From positions 1-51,822 of the forward strand of contig DF237284.1 in the NCBI GenBank assembly GCA_000708835.1: a stretch of 51,822 bases of DNA, written 5' to 3'. The notes under the pieces were generated by a model that saw only the letters and a program-made list of their open reading frames with translations, ran no database searches and was not told the DNA's origin. The translations under genes and the position numbers were made by a program. Of this stretch, positions 1-11,500 are shown one piece after another. Every line of letters begins with the position of its first letter. The first letter of the stretch is position 1. The DNA is from Klebsormidium nitens (Eukaryota; Plantae; Klebsormidiophyceae).

Positions 1-738
1 ATCGTTGCGATCGGCGGTCCGTACGGTAAGTCAAACTCCGAAAAGCCGGACCGTCGCGGGGGGTTCAATCGAACTCCGGGTCACACTGACAGTAGCTAGC
101 CTAAGTAGCTACACAGCCTACTTTGGAGTCGGAAATTCCCTGTTTAATGTGCCAATAAATTGCAGTCCCTATGACCTGTATGACCTCACGGTATACAGAT
201 ATTACATAGAAATTACAAGATTACATGGTAGTACAAGTCCCCCACGAGTCCCTAGTAAATCGATAAGTCCCCTTAAGTCCCTTTTTGTTTAAAGTACCCA
301 TGTATAGGCAACAAAATATTAAGTTTTGCACCTTTAGGATTTCGAACTGCGATACTTTGAAAATTGGTTCTATGTTACAATGTAACAAAATAACCATCAT
401 CCAGATGTCCACTATAGCTTTAGCATATACGAAATATAGGCCCGTGCAGTTTCAATACTACCTCATATAAAAGTATCGGAATCCGGATACAGTGTGGTAG
501 TCTACCGAGGTACCAATAACGCAGCAATGATGTCTAGTACCCGGTGTTAATAAATTGCAGCTAGCTCAGTCGACAACGAGCCGTGTAGACACACTACATT
601 GACCATCCCGTTGTCAAAAAGCGCACTTTAACTAGGTACATTTCGGGGTCCCGAACTTTCCGCTGGCTGGGGCTGGCACCGTCCGATGAGTGCCACGTAT
701 AGGGACCGAGTCCAAGTCTGTCAGAATTGCACTTGTAC

Positions 739-1447
739 NNNNNNNNNNNNNNNNNNNNNNNNNNNNNNNNNNNNNNNNNNNNNNNNNNNNNNNNNNNNNN
801 NNNNNNNNNNNNNNNNNNNNNNNNNNNNNNNNNNNNNNNNNNNNNNNNNNNNNNNNNNNNNNNNNNNNNNNNNNNNNNNNNNNNNNNNNNNNNNNNNNNN
901 NNNNNNNNNNNNNNNNNNNNNNNNNNNNNNNNNNNNNNNNNNNNNNNNNNNNNNNNNNNNNNNNNNNNNNNNNNNNNNNNNNNNNNNNNNNNNNNNNNNN
1001 NNNNNNNNNNNNNNNNNNNNNNNNNNNNNNNNNNNNNNNNNNNNNNNNNNNNNNNNNNNNNNNNNNNNNNNNNNNNNNNNNNNNNNNNNNNNNNNNNNNN
1101 NNNNNNNNNNNNNNNNNNNNNNNNNNNNNNNNNNNNNNNNNNNNNNNNNNNNNNNNNNNNNNNNNNNNNNNNNNNNNNNNNNNNNNNNNNNNNNNNNNNN
1201 NNNNNNNNNNNNNNNNNNNNNNNNNNNNNNNNNNNNNNNNNNNNNNNNNNNNNNNNNNNNNNNNNNNNNNNNNNNNNNNNNNNNNNNNNNNNNNNNNNNN
1301 NNNNNNNNNNNNNNNNNNNNNNNNNNNNNNNNNNNNNNNNNNNNNNNNNNNNNNNNNNNNNNNNNNNNNNNNNNNNNNNNNNNNNNNNNNNNNNNNNNNN
1401 NNNNNNNNNNNNNNNNNNNNNNNNNNNNNNNNNNNNNNNNNNNNNNN
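739..1447. other. Assembly gap (N run, 709 nt)
   Basis: Run of N in the sequence; ORF calls spanning it are artefacts. Confidence 0.99.
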
Positions 1448-1448
1448 G

Positions 1449-1466
1449 CCCCCCCCCCCCCTCCCG
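1449..1466 (-). other. Candidate polypurine tract of the retrotransposon
   Basis: Minus strand reads GGGA followed by 13 G, directly before the N gap where a 3' LTR would be expected. Confidence 0.45.
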
Positions 1467-1649
1467 ATTCGCCGACTCCACTACTTTGGCCACTAGATCG
1501 AACGGAAAAATGCACGTGTACGCGACAGATGACAGGTCCCCACCCCCCCTGAATATGTCGGAGCTTGCGACAGATGACAGCCCCAACCTCCCAGTGCTCC
1601 ATGTCGGCGATCCGGTTATGTAAGCTTGAGTATGTTTTGACACCGCGCC

Positions 1650-1888
1650 TTGCGCTCTGCTCTGTTGAGTCGCTTTGACTCAAACGCGACCGGTAGCAAG
1701 GTCCGGTCCGTACCGGTACCCTGCAAAAGTACTGCTCCAACGGCGAAGTCAGAGGCGTCGAGGTCAAGTGTACAGGGTAACCGGGGGTCGTACGGTCGCA
1801 GAATAGGTGCATGAGTAAGTGCAAATTTGAGGGATTGAAACGCAGACTCGTGCGAATCGTTCCACTCGAATTTGCACCCCTTTTGCAA
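1650..1888 (-). pseudogene. Retrotransposon RT connection/RNase H N-terminal fragment, truncated
   Basis: FEWNDSHESAFQSLKFALTHAPILRPYDPRLPCTLDLDASDFAVGAVLLQ...VAFESKRLNRAER; similarity stops where the NY..ERELLA motif should follow. Confidence 0.88.
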
Positions 1889-1896
1889 GAGGTCGG

Positions 1897-2761
1897 TCAG
1901 AGGTGCGGCAATGTGGGAGAACCTACGAATCGTCGATAAAAGCCAGCGAGACCGAGAAACGAGCGGATATCGTGGGGATCAGCGGGTCGGGGCCATTTGC
2001 TTATGGCCTCCATTTTGCAAGATTCCATGCTTACCCCGTGCTCATTGATGACGTGGCCGAGGAAAGTGACCTCGGTACGCCACAATTCACACTTGGACTC
2101 TTTGGCGTAGAGCTTGTGAGCGCGAAGGCGTGTGAAAACCTCGCGGAGTAGCCGTTCGTGCTCTTCTGCAGAATCGGAGTATATTAGAATATCGTCGAGG
2201 AAAATGACCACGCCCCTATCCAGCAAATCACCGAAGATTTTGTGCATTAAGTCCATGAATGCGGCCGGGGCGTTAGTCAAGTCAAAGGGGAGGACAAGCC
2301 ACTCAAAATGACCGTACCGGGTTCGAAAAGCAGTTTTTTGTGACGTCCTCTGCCGCAATCGGAATTTGCCAATATCCGGAGCGCAAGTCAATTCTGGAAA
2401 AGACTTTTGCGCCATGCAATTGGTCAATGAGATCGTCAGCACGGGGCAGAGGGTACGCATTTTTGACCGTCTGCTTGTTAAGCCCCCGGTAGTCGATACA
2501 GAACCGGAAACCGCCGTCCTTCTTGGGCGCGAAGAGAACCGGGGCGCCCCAGGGGGACGCGCTGGGGCGTATGAAGCCCTTGGCGAGGAGGTCGTCAAGG
2601 GTACATCGAAGCTCTTCCAGCTCGGTTGGGGATAGCCGGTAGATGGGGCGGTTGACCGGGGTAGCCCCCGGCAGAGTTTCGATGTTGAAGGGCATCCACC
2701 GGTCAGGTGGTAGGTGTGCGGGAAGATCCTGAGGGAAGAGGTCGGGGAATTCAGCCTTCAA
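1897..2761 (-). pseudogene. Reverse transcriptase, frameshifted
   Basis: [68 protein letters not shown], then in another frame [30 protein letters not shown]...VIFLDDILIYS...SFLGLAGFYRRFV. Confidence 0.95.
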
Positions 2762-2788
2762 TTTCGCGCAACGTTCGAATTCAGCGGC

Positions 2789-3286
2789 TTAATTTTCGGT
2801 TATGTCAGGGGTAACGTTGGGAACGACTTGGAAGACAGGACCGTTTTTCTTTAAGATTTTTTTCATTTGGACTAAGTTTAGGACCCGATCGCCGTACTCC
2901 TGTTTTAAAGCGCGCTTAGACGGCCTTCCGGCCTCCAGCGTTACAGGCTTGGCTGCGTGGATGAAAGAAATTTGGCGCTTCTTCCAGTCAACACGCTTGT
3001 TGCCAGATTCAAGCCAAGGTAACTTCCCCAAAATGATGTCGTAGGTTATGTCAGTTACGGTAAAATGTAGGTCCTCGGCATAGTCTGAACCGGCGGAAAA
3101 TGGCACGACTTTGACTGTCCTATGGACCGGTTGATATGAACCATTGGCAAGTTTGACTCCCTGACCGTCGGTAATCTCAGCAGTTTCTATCCCTAACCGA
3201 GCAGCAAACGACGACGACATGCAATTATCTGACGAACCGCAATCAATGAGTAGTGACTCTGCATGCACGACCTGACACTTGTCCAC
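2789..3286 (-). pseudogene. Retroviral-like aspartic protease region
   Basis: LLIDCGSSDNCM active-site-like motif, VKLANGS, and a YDIILGK.PWL motif typical of gypsy proteases. Confidence 0.82.
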
Positions 3287-3360
3287 GTAGAAATATCAAG
3301 CGAGAAGAAGGCGGGGCATTATGCCCCGGGCCTGCTGAATGGTTCCTGGGGATAGAGGGC

Positions 3361-4515
3361 TTAGCTCTGTCGCTGCCAGAAGACGTCCCGGGACCGTCGA
3401 CTGGAGCATTTAGCGCGAGGCTCGGGGGTCTGGAAGTCGATCAGGTCTGGGTGCTCGGCAGGAGCCACCGGGTGCTCGACTTGAGCGACACTCCTCTGCA
3501 AGGGGGGTTTGCTGGGGCACTCAGCAATCAAGTGTCCCGGTTGCCTGCAGTAAAAGCAACCGCCGATCTTGAACAAGCGCGCTCGCTCGGTCTGGGTTAG
3601 TGGGGTCGGTTTGCGCCGAAGCGCATCGATCTCCATAGGGACAGGGCCGGTCCCACCAGGGTTAGCTAAACTGATGGGGGCGCCGGGGTTAGTAAAACTC
3701 AGAGGGGTTTGGGCCCTAGAGGTCCACACCCCATTAGATGCAAAGGTCGAGCAAAACCAGATCGGACTGCAAACCAGCAGAGCCCCACAACGAGTCGTAG
3801 CGGTCAGCAAGCTTAACCGCTTCCTCGAAGGTTTCGGGCTCACGCATGATAACTTCCTGACGAGTGCGCGTGGCTTGAGACCGCGGATGAACCGGTCCAG
3901 AAGTTCTTCGTCTTGGATATACCGGGTACCTGTAGGGCTAACTTCTGCATGGACTGGGCGTAAGTCCTGACACTGACATCTTGCCTGAGACTCGCAAGCT
4001 TATCTCGAGCATGGCGTGTGGAGTTAACAGCCCTGAACCGGGACAAGAGCTCGGAAGTAAATGCATCCCAAGAGTACAAGGTCTCGTTGCCCCCATGGGC
4101 CACGCCGCATGAGTACCGCCACCAAGACTTAGCACTCCCAGTCAGCAACCCAGCAGCCAAGAATACCTGCTTATCAGCAGGTGTCTCCATCCCGTGGAAA
4201 TACATCTCACAGTCGAAAATGAAGTTCTCGTGACCGATCCTGCGGTGGACGAACCATCAAAGACCTCGGGAAACTTCAGCCTGCGATTCTTACCACCACC
4301 TGTACCAGCACCCGCTACTGCTGGTGCTGGTGCCTGTGGTTTCGCAGCAGGTACCTCAGCAGGTACCCCTGCACCCCAGCTGCAGCTGCAGTCGCCTCCA
4401 TATGGGCCTGCATATGCTGCATCTGTCCAGCCATTCCGGCGACCACCTGAGTAAGCTGGTCGATAGCTGCTTGAAAAGCAGCTCCGCCTTGAGCTCCGGG
4501 GTCAATGTCAACCAT
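3361..4515 (-). pseudogene. Gag (retrotransposon gag domain plus CCHC zinc knuckle), frameshifted
   Basis: ATG at 4515 about 95 nt after the PBS; LLTGSAKSWW...WDAFTSELLSRF gag core; GPVPMEID motif; knuckle CFYCRQPGHLIAEC. Confidence 0.88.
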
Positions 4516-4610
4516 GGCGCTGGAAAAAGGAAGCTGGCAGGGAAGAGGGGACTGGACGTAGAGTCAAGGGGGAAGATAGGTGAGCTGAAGGAGGAGAGAA
4601 GGAAGCAGAA

Positions 4611-4622
4611 CCTCTGATACCA
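4611..4622 (-). promoter_or_regulatory. Primer-binding site complementary to the initiator tRNA-Met 3' end
   Basis: Minus strand TGGTATCAGAGG begins one base after the LTR end (...TTACA). Confidence 0.9.
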
Positions 4623-4623
4623 A

Positions 4624-5279
4624 TGTAATCTCAAGGTAATTTCACTAGCCTAATCAGAGACTTATACACTAGTAGGGAGTTTAGCGGGGAAGAGCGGAGC
4701 TCGGAAGAGGAGAAACTTGCTAGGAATTGGGATGCCTCAAACTTGGTAAACCAGAAATGAGGTCTTACACGGTGGAGAAGTCCACCTTTATAGTTGAGCT
4801 GCAGCTAGTGCAGCTCCAGTCACAAGATGCAACGCAAGATAACAAGCAAGTGTGCAGCATGAGCAAGCAGACTTAACGGTCAAATGCAAGCAAGTGACCG
4901 TTAAGCAATGGTGGCAACATATCAATCGAACGGTGCAGGAATGCCACGTAATCCTATAGATGTCGTGGCAGCAGAATATACGGTCTGGATGAAGCACGTG
5001 CTACAGATATAAAGCTTAGGTAAACAGGGGGTAAACGGTTTGCTGAAACCTGGTCTTTCAGCCCAGAATCTGGTGGCAGCACTGCATGGTTCCAGCAGAG
5101 CTCTATCCTGCCTGTTGCATGCTACTATTGCTAGCTAGGAATGGTATAAGAATGGTGCTAGGAATGGTATATATGCAGCATTCGTATAGGCGCTACGAAG
5201 GGGTCATTTTGAAAGGTGTGTGAGCTCTATTTCCCCCTTTCTCAGCATGGCCACGGCTCAAGCTTCCTTTTGCGTTACA
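4624..5279 (-). repeat. 5' LTR (~656 bp)
   Basis: TG...CA ends with an imperfect terminal inverted repeat: + strand starts TGTAATCTCAAGG and ends CCTTTTGCGTTACA. A minus-strand CTATAAAG TATA-like motif lies at ~4786-4793. The far boundary is inferred from the inverted repeat only. Confidence 0.7.
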
Positions 5280-5611
5280 AGGTCAGCGGCACCACCTTTC
5301 AAGCAGGCAGATAAGCGCTGCAGCATCGTCTGTGATGGATGGTGCATTTGGCAGGACGGAAAGCTGACGTGCAACACCAGCCTCCTTCACAGGGCTCCAT
5401 TGCTGCAAGATTGCAGCCAAGCCCAAGTGCTTCGTTGAAAAGGCTCCCCTAATCAGACCTGCAGCCTACTCGTGTAGCGATTGCCAGCAATGCTTTGCTT
5501 GGGGGAGGAAACATCGGCAAGTTTGGTCAAAGGCGGGCCGGGGGTGTCCCTCCAGTGTACAATTGCCGGCCAGTCCAGGATATTGTGCACTCGTCATCGT
5601 TCAGATAACCA

Positions 5612-6297
5612 GTGGTGATCAGGGCAGTCCTTGGAATCGACTGGTCAGACGACGGTCGTGAGTCTGAGAGCAAGAAATGCCTTAACTGCGGGCATCTGAA
5701 GCTGCTGATAGACTTCAGCGCAACAAATTCAAGTGCTGATGGGCTGACCGACTCATGCAGAGCCTGCCTGGCGGTCTTTAGTGCCAAGCGGCTAGGTAAA
5801 GAACTGGGACACCTTGATGTGACCATCGATGAGGCGTGGGAGCGCGCCAGAACATGCACCTGCTGTGGGTGCATGAAAGAGGTGCGCAACTTTGGCTTAA
5901 ACAGGGCGGCGAAAGACGGATGGAGAGTCTGGTGCCGGGGGTGTGAATTCCGGAGGTGAAGTCCGCGCCAGAGTTCGATGTCGACAAGAAGCGGCGGAGC
6001 GGGCTCCAGGGAATGTGCAAAATGTGCCGCAACGAGTTGTACAAGAGTTTGTCTTTGCGCCGGCAGGCGTTTGCAGGGCACGCCGTTGCTCCAAGGGCTG
6101 AGAGGCTGTGTCAATCATGCAACAAGGTGAAGAAAGCGGGCGAGTTTCACGCTGATGTGAGATCGGTGGACGGCCTCGTATACGCGTGCAAGACGTGCAG
6201 TCTGGCCCAAGCAAGAGCTCGGTACCGGGCAAAGAAGAGGATAGCGGCAGGGTCGTTCAAAGAGGTGGAGGCATCACCTCCAAGCTCTGGGGCATGA
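5612..6297 (+). pseudogene. Tandem zinc-ribbon repeat protein (four C-x2-C-x3-K-x4-F-x7-[DS]G-x4-C-x2-C units), broken by a frameshift at ~5956
   Basis: Two abutting ORFs (5612-5959 and 5956-6297) carry the same motif; unit 3 lacks its first CxxC at the frame break. Confidence 0.6.
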
Positions 6298-7629
6298 GTC
6301 TAGTCAGACTGGAGTTACAACCCACAAATCACCGGCGTTGTAACCACGAGGCCCTCTGCTCAAAAGTCTTACCCGCTTTGAGGAAAGCGTAAGCACTTCT
6401 CGAGCGGCGGAGCTCCCTCATGATTGCGTGTGCATGCGCACGCGCGCGCGAGCTGGAGGAACTGGCCCCCGTACGAGGAGCAAAACTTGAAGGTGTGGTG
6501 GGAGCTGCTGTTTGTCGAGTATCAAAGGTGGTGGCGTGTGCAACTGAACAAGGAAAAGTGGATCCGGGACCAGGTGGGTCAGTGGGCTAACCAAGAATGG
6601 TCTGAGATTCGAGTCTCAGAACACTTGTGCAGAACTAGATCTGAGTTAGTCTGGTTAAGTAGGTCAATGCGCACTTACAGTCTCGGTTTCGTAGGGTGGG
6701 AAAGAAGTTTGTGATTTGATTTGAGCTAGAGAGTCGGTCAATGTCTACATGTTGGAGGCCGGTTGTCTGAATGGGAACTCTGGGTTGAGGGGGGAAAGTA
6801 CTGGGTGACCGGCGGGTTTCTTGAGTAAGCCTCGCGTACTTAACAGATGTTGAGTTGGCAAATGTGACGCTTGTTGCGGAATAGGAAGCCTCTCAGCTTG
6901 TAGTTTTGGGATTGCATTTCTGAAGGTCGACATCAAAGAGAAAGAGATGTGGAGTGGGGAAGCAATTCAGTTTGTGAGTCTCTTTGCTTTCTAAATTCTT
7001 GGGCTATATTTTTGCTTCGCGTACATTTCTTTGAGGGATTCGGGTATGCCACTCACTGGATTACACCCAGACAAAGTCAGGTGATACTTCTTTGCCAAGT
7101 AATCATAAGGTTTGCTCTTGCAGAAGTCGAGCTTGTTTCTCAGGACCGTGCTTCTTCTGCAGAGTAGCCCCTCTTTTCTTCTTTGTTGGAGTCTTTTGTT
7201 TCCCGATTGACAAGACTCGTGTTCCTCCTGTTGAAGGACGAATACTGTAGTCGTGAAACCCGTTGATCCTGGTGTCAAAGGCCGAAGTTCTCAAAGGTTC
7301 TCGAAAACAGCAGAGTCAGAAAAGGAGTCGAAGGTGTCATATTTCATTGGCTCCACAAATTCGTTATGCATTCGAAATTCTAAAAAGAAATTCCGTGCTT
7401 CTCGCATGCAGGTCCTTACGCTTGTGTACGCTCTCTGTGGGTCCACCGTCGAACTCGGTTACGCGCCTGGGGCCCTAGCCCCCATCTCTCATGACTGCGG
7501 GCAACAGAAGTCGCTCCCCGTCCTGCTCATGGCATACAAAAGATGCCGCAGGGAAGACAAGTGTCAACCGCCCACACGTCCCAGATTGAAGGAGAGGGCC
7601 AGCCCCGGCCGTGAAGTAGAAGGAGCCGA

Positions 7630-7802
7630 CACAGTTTAGGAATAGTAAGCTTCAGGAATAGTAAGCTCACCAGCCTGGGACGGGTAGGGTTAGTTTGGGG
7701 GTTAGGGTGGGTACAAGTGCGGAGCGGGTAGTTCTTATAGGTTAGGTTTTTAGTGTTTGGTTTGAGCTTACTATTCCTACGGCTTACTATTCCTAAACCG
7801 TG
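7630..7802. mobile_element. MITE-like inverted-repeat element (~173 bp)
   Basis: Left arm CACAGTTTAGGAATAGTAAGCTTCAGGAATAGTAAGCTC matches the reverse complement of the right arm, CACGGTTTAGGAATAGTAAGCCGTAGGAATAGTAAGCTC. No ORF; no TSD resolved. Confidence 0.72.
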
Positions 7803-8549
7803 CCGTCGTAAGTAGAAGAGCGGGTTTGAGGTAGCCAGGTGGGTTAGCGCATGTGGCGATATTTGGTTGGGGTTTGTGCCGAGCGGGCCTCGCTCTTCTG
7901 TGGAGGTCATTGCGTCTTGCAGTGCATGGAGTTTTGCCGGCTGTTGAAGTTCCAGAACGGAGCGGTTAAGAACGGACAAGATATCCTATGTCGAGCCAAA
8001 TGAAACGGTTGGCAACTCAGGCTTCAAAAGCAGGAGTGTTTGTTCACCCACCGAGAATGGTAGTCAAGAATCTGTATTGGTTGTTTGGCATATGATACTT
8101 TAATTGCAATCGTTGAGCACGTTCTGCGAGCCCTGTGCCAGTGGCTTGCAGTGACTAGGATCAGATCGACGCTAGCGCATATATGGATCATGAAGAAACT
8201 AAGTGACTTTATGTCATGAGCTAGACTGATAAGGCAAGTCTGTGGGGCCTGGCAGACCTAGTTGCTTGCACGAATACGAATTCCTCTGAGATCGATAAAG
8301 TTCGGGCCTGACGCGCCCAGGCACAAAGCGACCGTCTTAGTCAAAGATCGGGACGGTCTCGTCGCGACATTGGCTATGCATTGAAGATAGGAACAAGCGT
8401 CACGCCTTTCTCGACCTTATTCGCTCCAGCTGTTGGGATATATGACATGGCTGGATGTCAGTTAACCTTTATTTTTCATCGATTAGAAATCAAACGTCCA
8501 ACGCGTGCTTGTAAAGTATTCCGAACGACCGTCTGCATGCTGCCCTCAA

Positions 8550-11500
8550 TCAATCGTAGCCTGAAAGAACATGCTGCTTGGGAGACGGCACTGAATCTGG
8601 ATTACTGCCGCTACCACCTTCAGGCTTGGCAACGCGTGTGTATTTGCAGACACAGTCGTACATTCGCCCTTTGAGGTACTCCGCTACCTCCTTGTGCTTG
8701 ATCTGCACACGTGCCATAACGCCGTTAAGTTGCCATGATCCCTGATCCGGGCTGCCAAAGATTTTCTTCTTGCCACCGACTTATAATGCATCGACTTCCA
8801 CATACGCAGTGTTGATAGCCGAATCGACAGGCGACACGAGAGAAGCAGACATGCTAAAATCATAGCTGTGAGTCGACGATGTCGCAGCGGGACCTTTCCT
8901 CACCATTCCTAGGTTCAGGGAGTCGACCTTCAGCTTCGCATACAGGTTGGTTTCTATTCCCCGGCCCTGAAAGAGAAGCGGGCGACCCAGTTGAGGGATT
9001 TTTGTTAGAAAAACACACTTCTTCCATCAAGTCCTGTATGCCTGGTCGAACCAAAACACAAACATGAGCGCTTGGCTGTAGGAGCTCGCACAAAGTAGGT
9101 TTCAAGGAATCTCAGCAAACTCCGCAAATATCGACAACGAAGCATTTAATAGCACACTAATTTGCTGGGTAGTGGGGAACAACACGTCACATTCGTCGAG
9201 GTTGCGGGGTTGCAGGCAATTGAAAGGGCAACTACGCACAAACAACCTTGCACGTAACGACCTCACTGAATCCTCACATCACACTTACTCTTCCGGTTGC
9301 GGTTATTCCTTGGTGACTGTTCCAGTTATGGTTACAATCGCTCTTCCCATCGAAATTTGACGGTTAGGGCTTCTCTTGCAAATACAAGGACTCTTACGGT
9401 GTCCAATTTTGAAACGGGGAATCTTATGCTTACGGTGTTCCATCTGCGTTGTCGATGCTCTTCCAGGTTATGCTTACCGTTACGTTTACAGTGGCCCTTG
9501 AAACCAGAGTCTACGGTAAGGTTTCGGGGTGTATCCCGTTCAAACCAGGAGACAAGCATCGGTACTGAGTCAGAATCAACTTAAGGAGACGGCGCGGCTT
9601 ACCATCCCCTCAAAGACAACTAGATCGGCGTCCTCGGCGACCCAAGCAAGCTCCGGGGAGACGGACGTCAGGTCCAGAACCTGCGTACGTAAGATGGCAC
9701 AGCCTTAAAACTCTGTTGGAGCCAAAAGGTGATTGACAGAAGGCGGCCAGATGTGACTTTAGGGGCGTAAGACGGATGAACGCTCTGCGGAGGCGTGAGG
9801 CGTTCTCTTACAGCGGAAATTCCGTGTCTGTCAAAAGGTGCCGGACGTCCGTGGAGGTCGGAGTCGGACGAACCCGTCTTGAAAGCAGGCGTTCGAGACG
9901 ACCAGTGGCTGTCAGATAAGCACCGGACGTCCACTTGGAGGAGGTTAACGTTTTCCAAGGGCAGCGTCGGTTGCAAACGATCAAGCGCTGTGATCCCGCT
10001 AGAGGAAGCATGCTTTGCAAATGCGTCCCCTATTCCCCAGCGAACGGCGCAACAACGGAAGCAGTTCTTGCACTCTCTTAATCCTTACTCGGGATGAACT
10101 CTGATTGAGCACTCGCCAGCTCCTGTCAGGCGCCCAGAGCAGCTACTAACGAAACACAGACACGTGGCACACTTGGTGACGTGGCTCACCGGAAGGTCGC
10201 TGCCGGAGTTGACGACGAGGAGGCTCCCGTTGTCGAGCGCCGCTTGCAACGGCTCGTCGTCAATCTGCAGCGGGGCCACATACCGCGGTTTGCGTAAACT
10301 TGTCACGAAGTCGACCGCGACCATTGCCTCGCACAGTGAGTGACGTCACGAATGCCAATCGCGACCCTGAACGTCGATCCGATCGACAATCGACGGATTG
10401 AGGTACCAGCTTTGGCGATGACGTCACAAATCCGGTGCAAGGGTGTCGCACCGATTCATCGTGCACTTGGGTGCTCCGCTCGCCAGAAATTTGTGATCGA
10501 CGGGGTTTCGAGCAAACCGCTGTGCCGCGCTTCCGTTCTGGCCCGGCAGAGAGTCGTCACTGACTGACACGTTTCACCTGCTTCAACGATTATTCGACGA
10601 GCGAAGCATGGACCAGGACGTGAAGCATTCGCTTGGTCTGTCAGCGGGCCCCAGCAGGGAGAGGATTTTAATCCTCAAAAAATATGAATCAATAAAAAGT
10701 ATACAGTTCATCGTTGAAACCACTGCAAGGCTCAAGGATGATACGCTTCGGTAGCGACTCCATTACGGTTCCAACATTGACATGTCCGCAGGCCACAAAG
10801 GCTGTTGCATTGTGAGAATCCTAATCTCCCCTTTCCTCCCTCTCCAAGCACAGCCCACCTTATGCACGATGTCGCTCAGCTCCTCGTATGTGATGTCGTT
10901 GATGGAGGGCAGGTCGTTGGCCGCCAGAACAACCTGCAGGAGAAAACAATAGCAGGTTTCTAGTTCTTTCGTGAAGCCGCAATTCCCGTTTCGCCATATC
11001 TCCTTCCGCTGATAGAAAGGATGGAGAGGGAGAACATTGACTTCCGAGCCGACAGTAGAGGACCCTCCTTACTAGAACGCTCTACGATCGACGGTCTGGG
11101 TTGACTGAAACTATCAAACTTGAACATCGATCGTAGGGTTTGTAAATTGAAGGGGGTACCCGGGGAATCCACCGGCAGTCCCTGTTCTCCTTCCATCCGT
11201 TCTGTCAGCAGTGACTGAAGTGCGGCGAATGATGAACCTACTCAGATTCGAATTCGACCATACATCGAGAACGCACACGCTTACTGCAGCGTATTACCTC
11301 GTATCACAGGAACAGGTCGTGTTCTGCTCCTCGTGCGACTTCTCTCAGCTCACATGAACGCCTTCACACGAACTTCGGGGTTGAGTATCTATTTCTCGAA
11401 GAGATCACCCTCGAAAAGGTTTTGCCCAACAGATGCGCCGGGAGCCGAAGATTCAGAGCGGCGCTCACCCGCGTCCCGTTCCGAATCAGCTCCCGCGCCA

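Larger units (their letters stand above)
1449..5279 (-). mobile_element. Degenerate Ty3/gypsy LTR retrotransposon lacking a visible integrase
   Basis: Minus-strand order is LTR, PBS, gag with CCHC knuckle, aspartic protease, RT, RNase H. RT followed directly by RNase H, with no integrase between protease and RT, is the gypsy order. The domains are split over several frames by stops and frameshifts. Confidence 0.93.

Noticed and set aside
1-600. AT-rich stretch with recurring AGTCCC and AATAAATTGCAG motifs
   Set aside because: The repeats are short and irregular, with no recognisable ORF, RNA gene or element termini.
612-1642. TGTCAAAA...TTTTGACA as a nested solo LTR
   Set aside because: The flanks CCCGT and CCGCG do not form a TSD, and the sequence left of 612 does not resume RNase H.
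594-1824. Long ORFs spanning the first gap
   Set aside because: They consist mostly of X residues from the N run.
3290-3365. Programmed gag-pol recoding signal (CGGGGCA-TTA-TGCCCCG hairpin after the gag stop)
   Set aside because: No slippery heptamer is visible, and the element has several other random frameshifts, so decay explains the break.
6424-7639. Short ORFs on both strands (Trp-rich 6424-6714; 6991-7294)
   Set aside because: No recognisable domain or consistent splice model; possibly a decayed gene.
10300-10565. Cluster of TGACGTCAC/GTCAC motifs in a DUF89 intron
   Set aside because: Too short and irregular to define a repeat or regulatory module without data.
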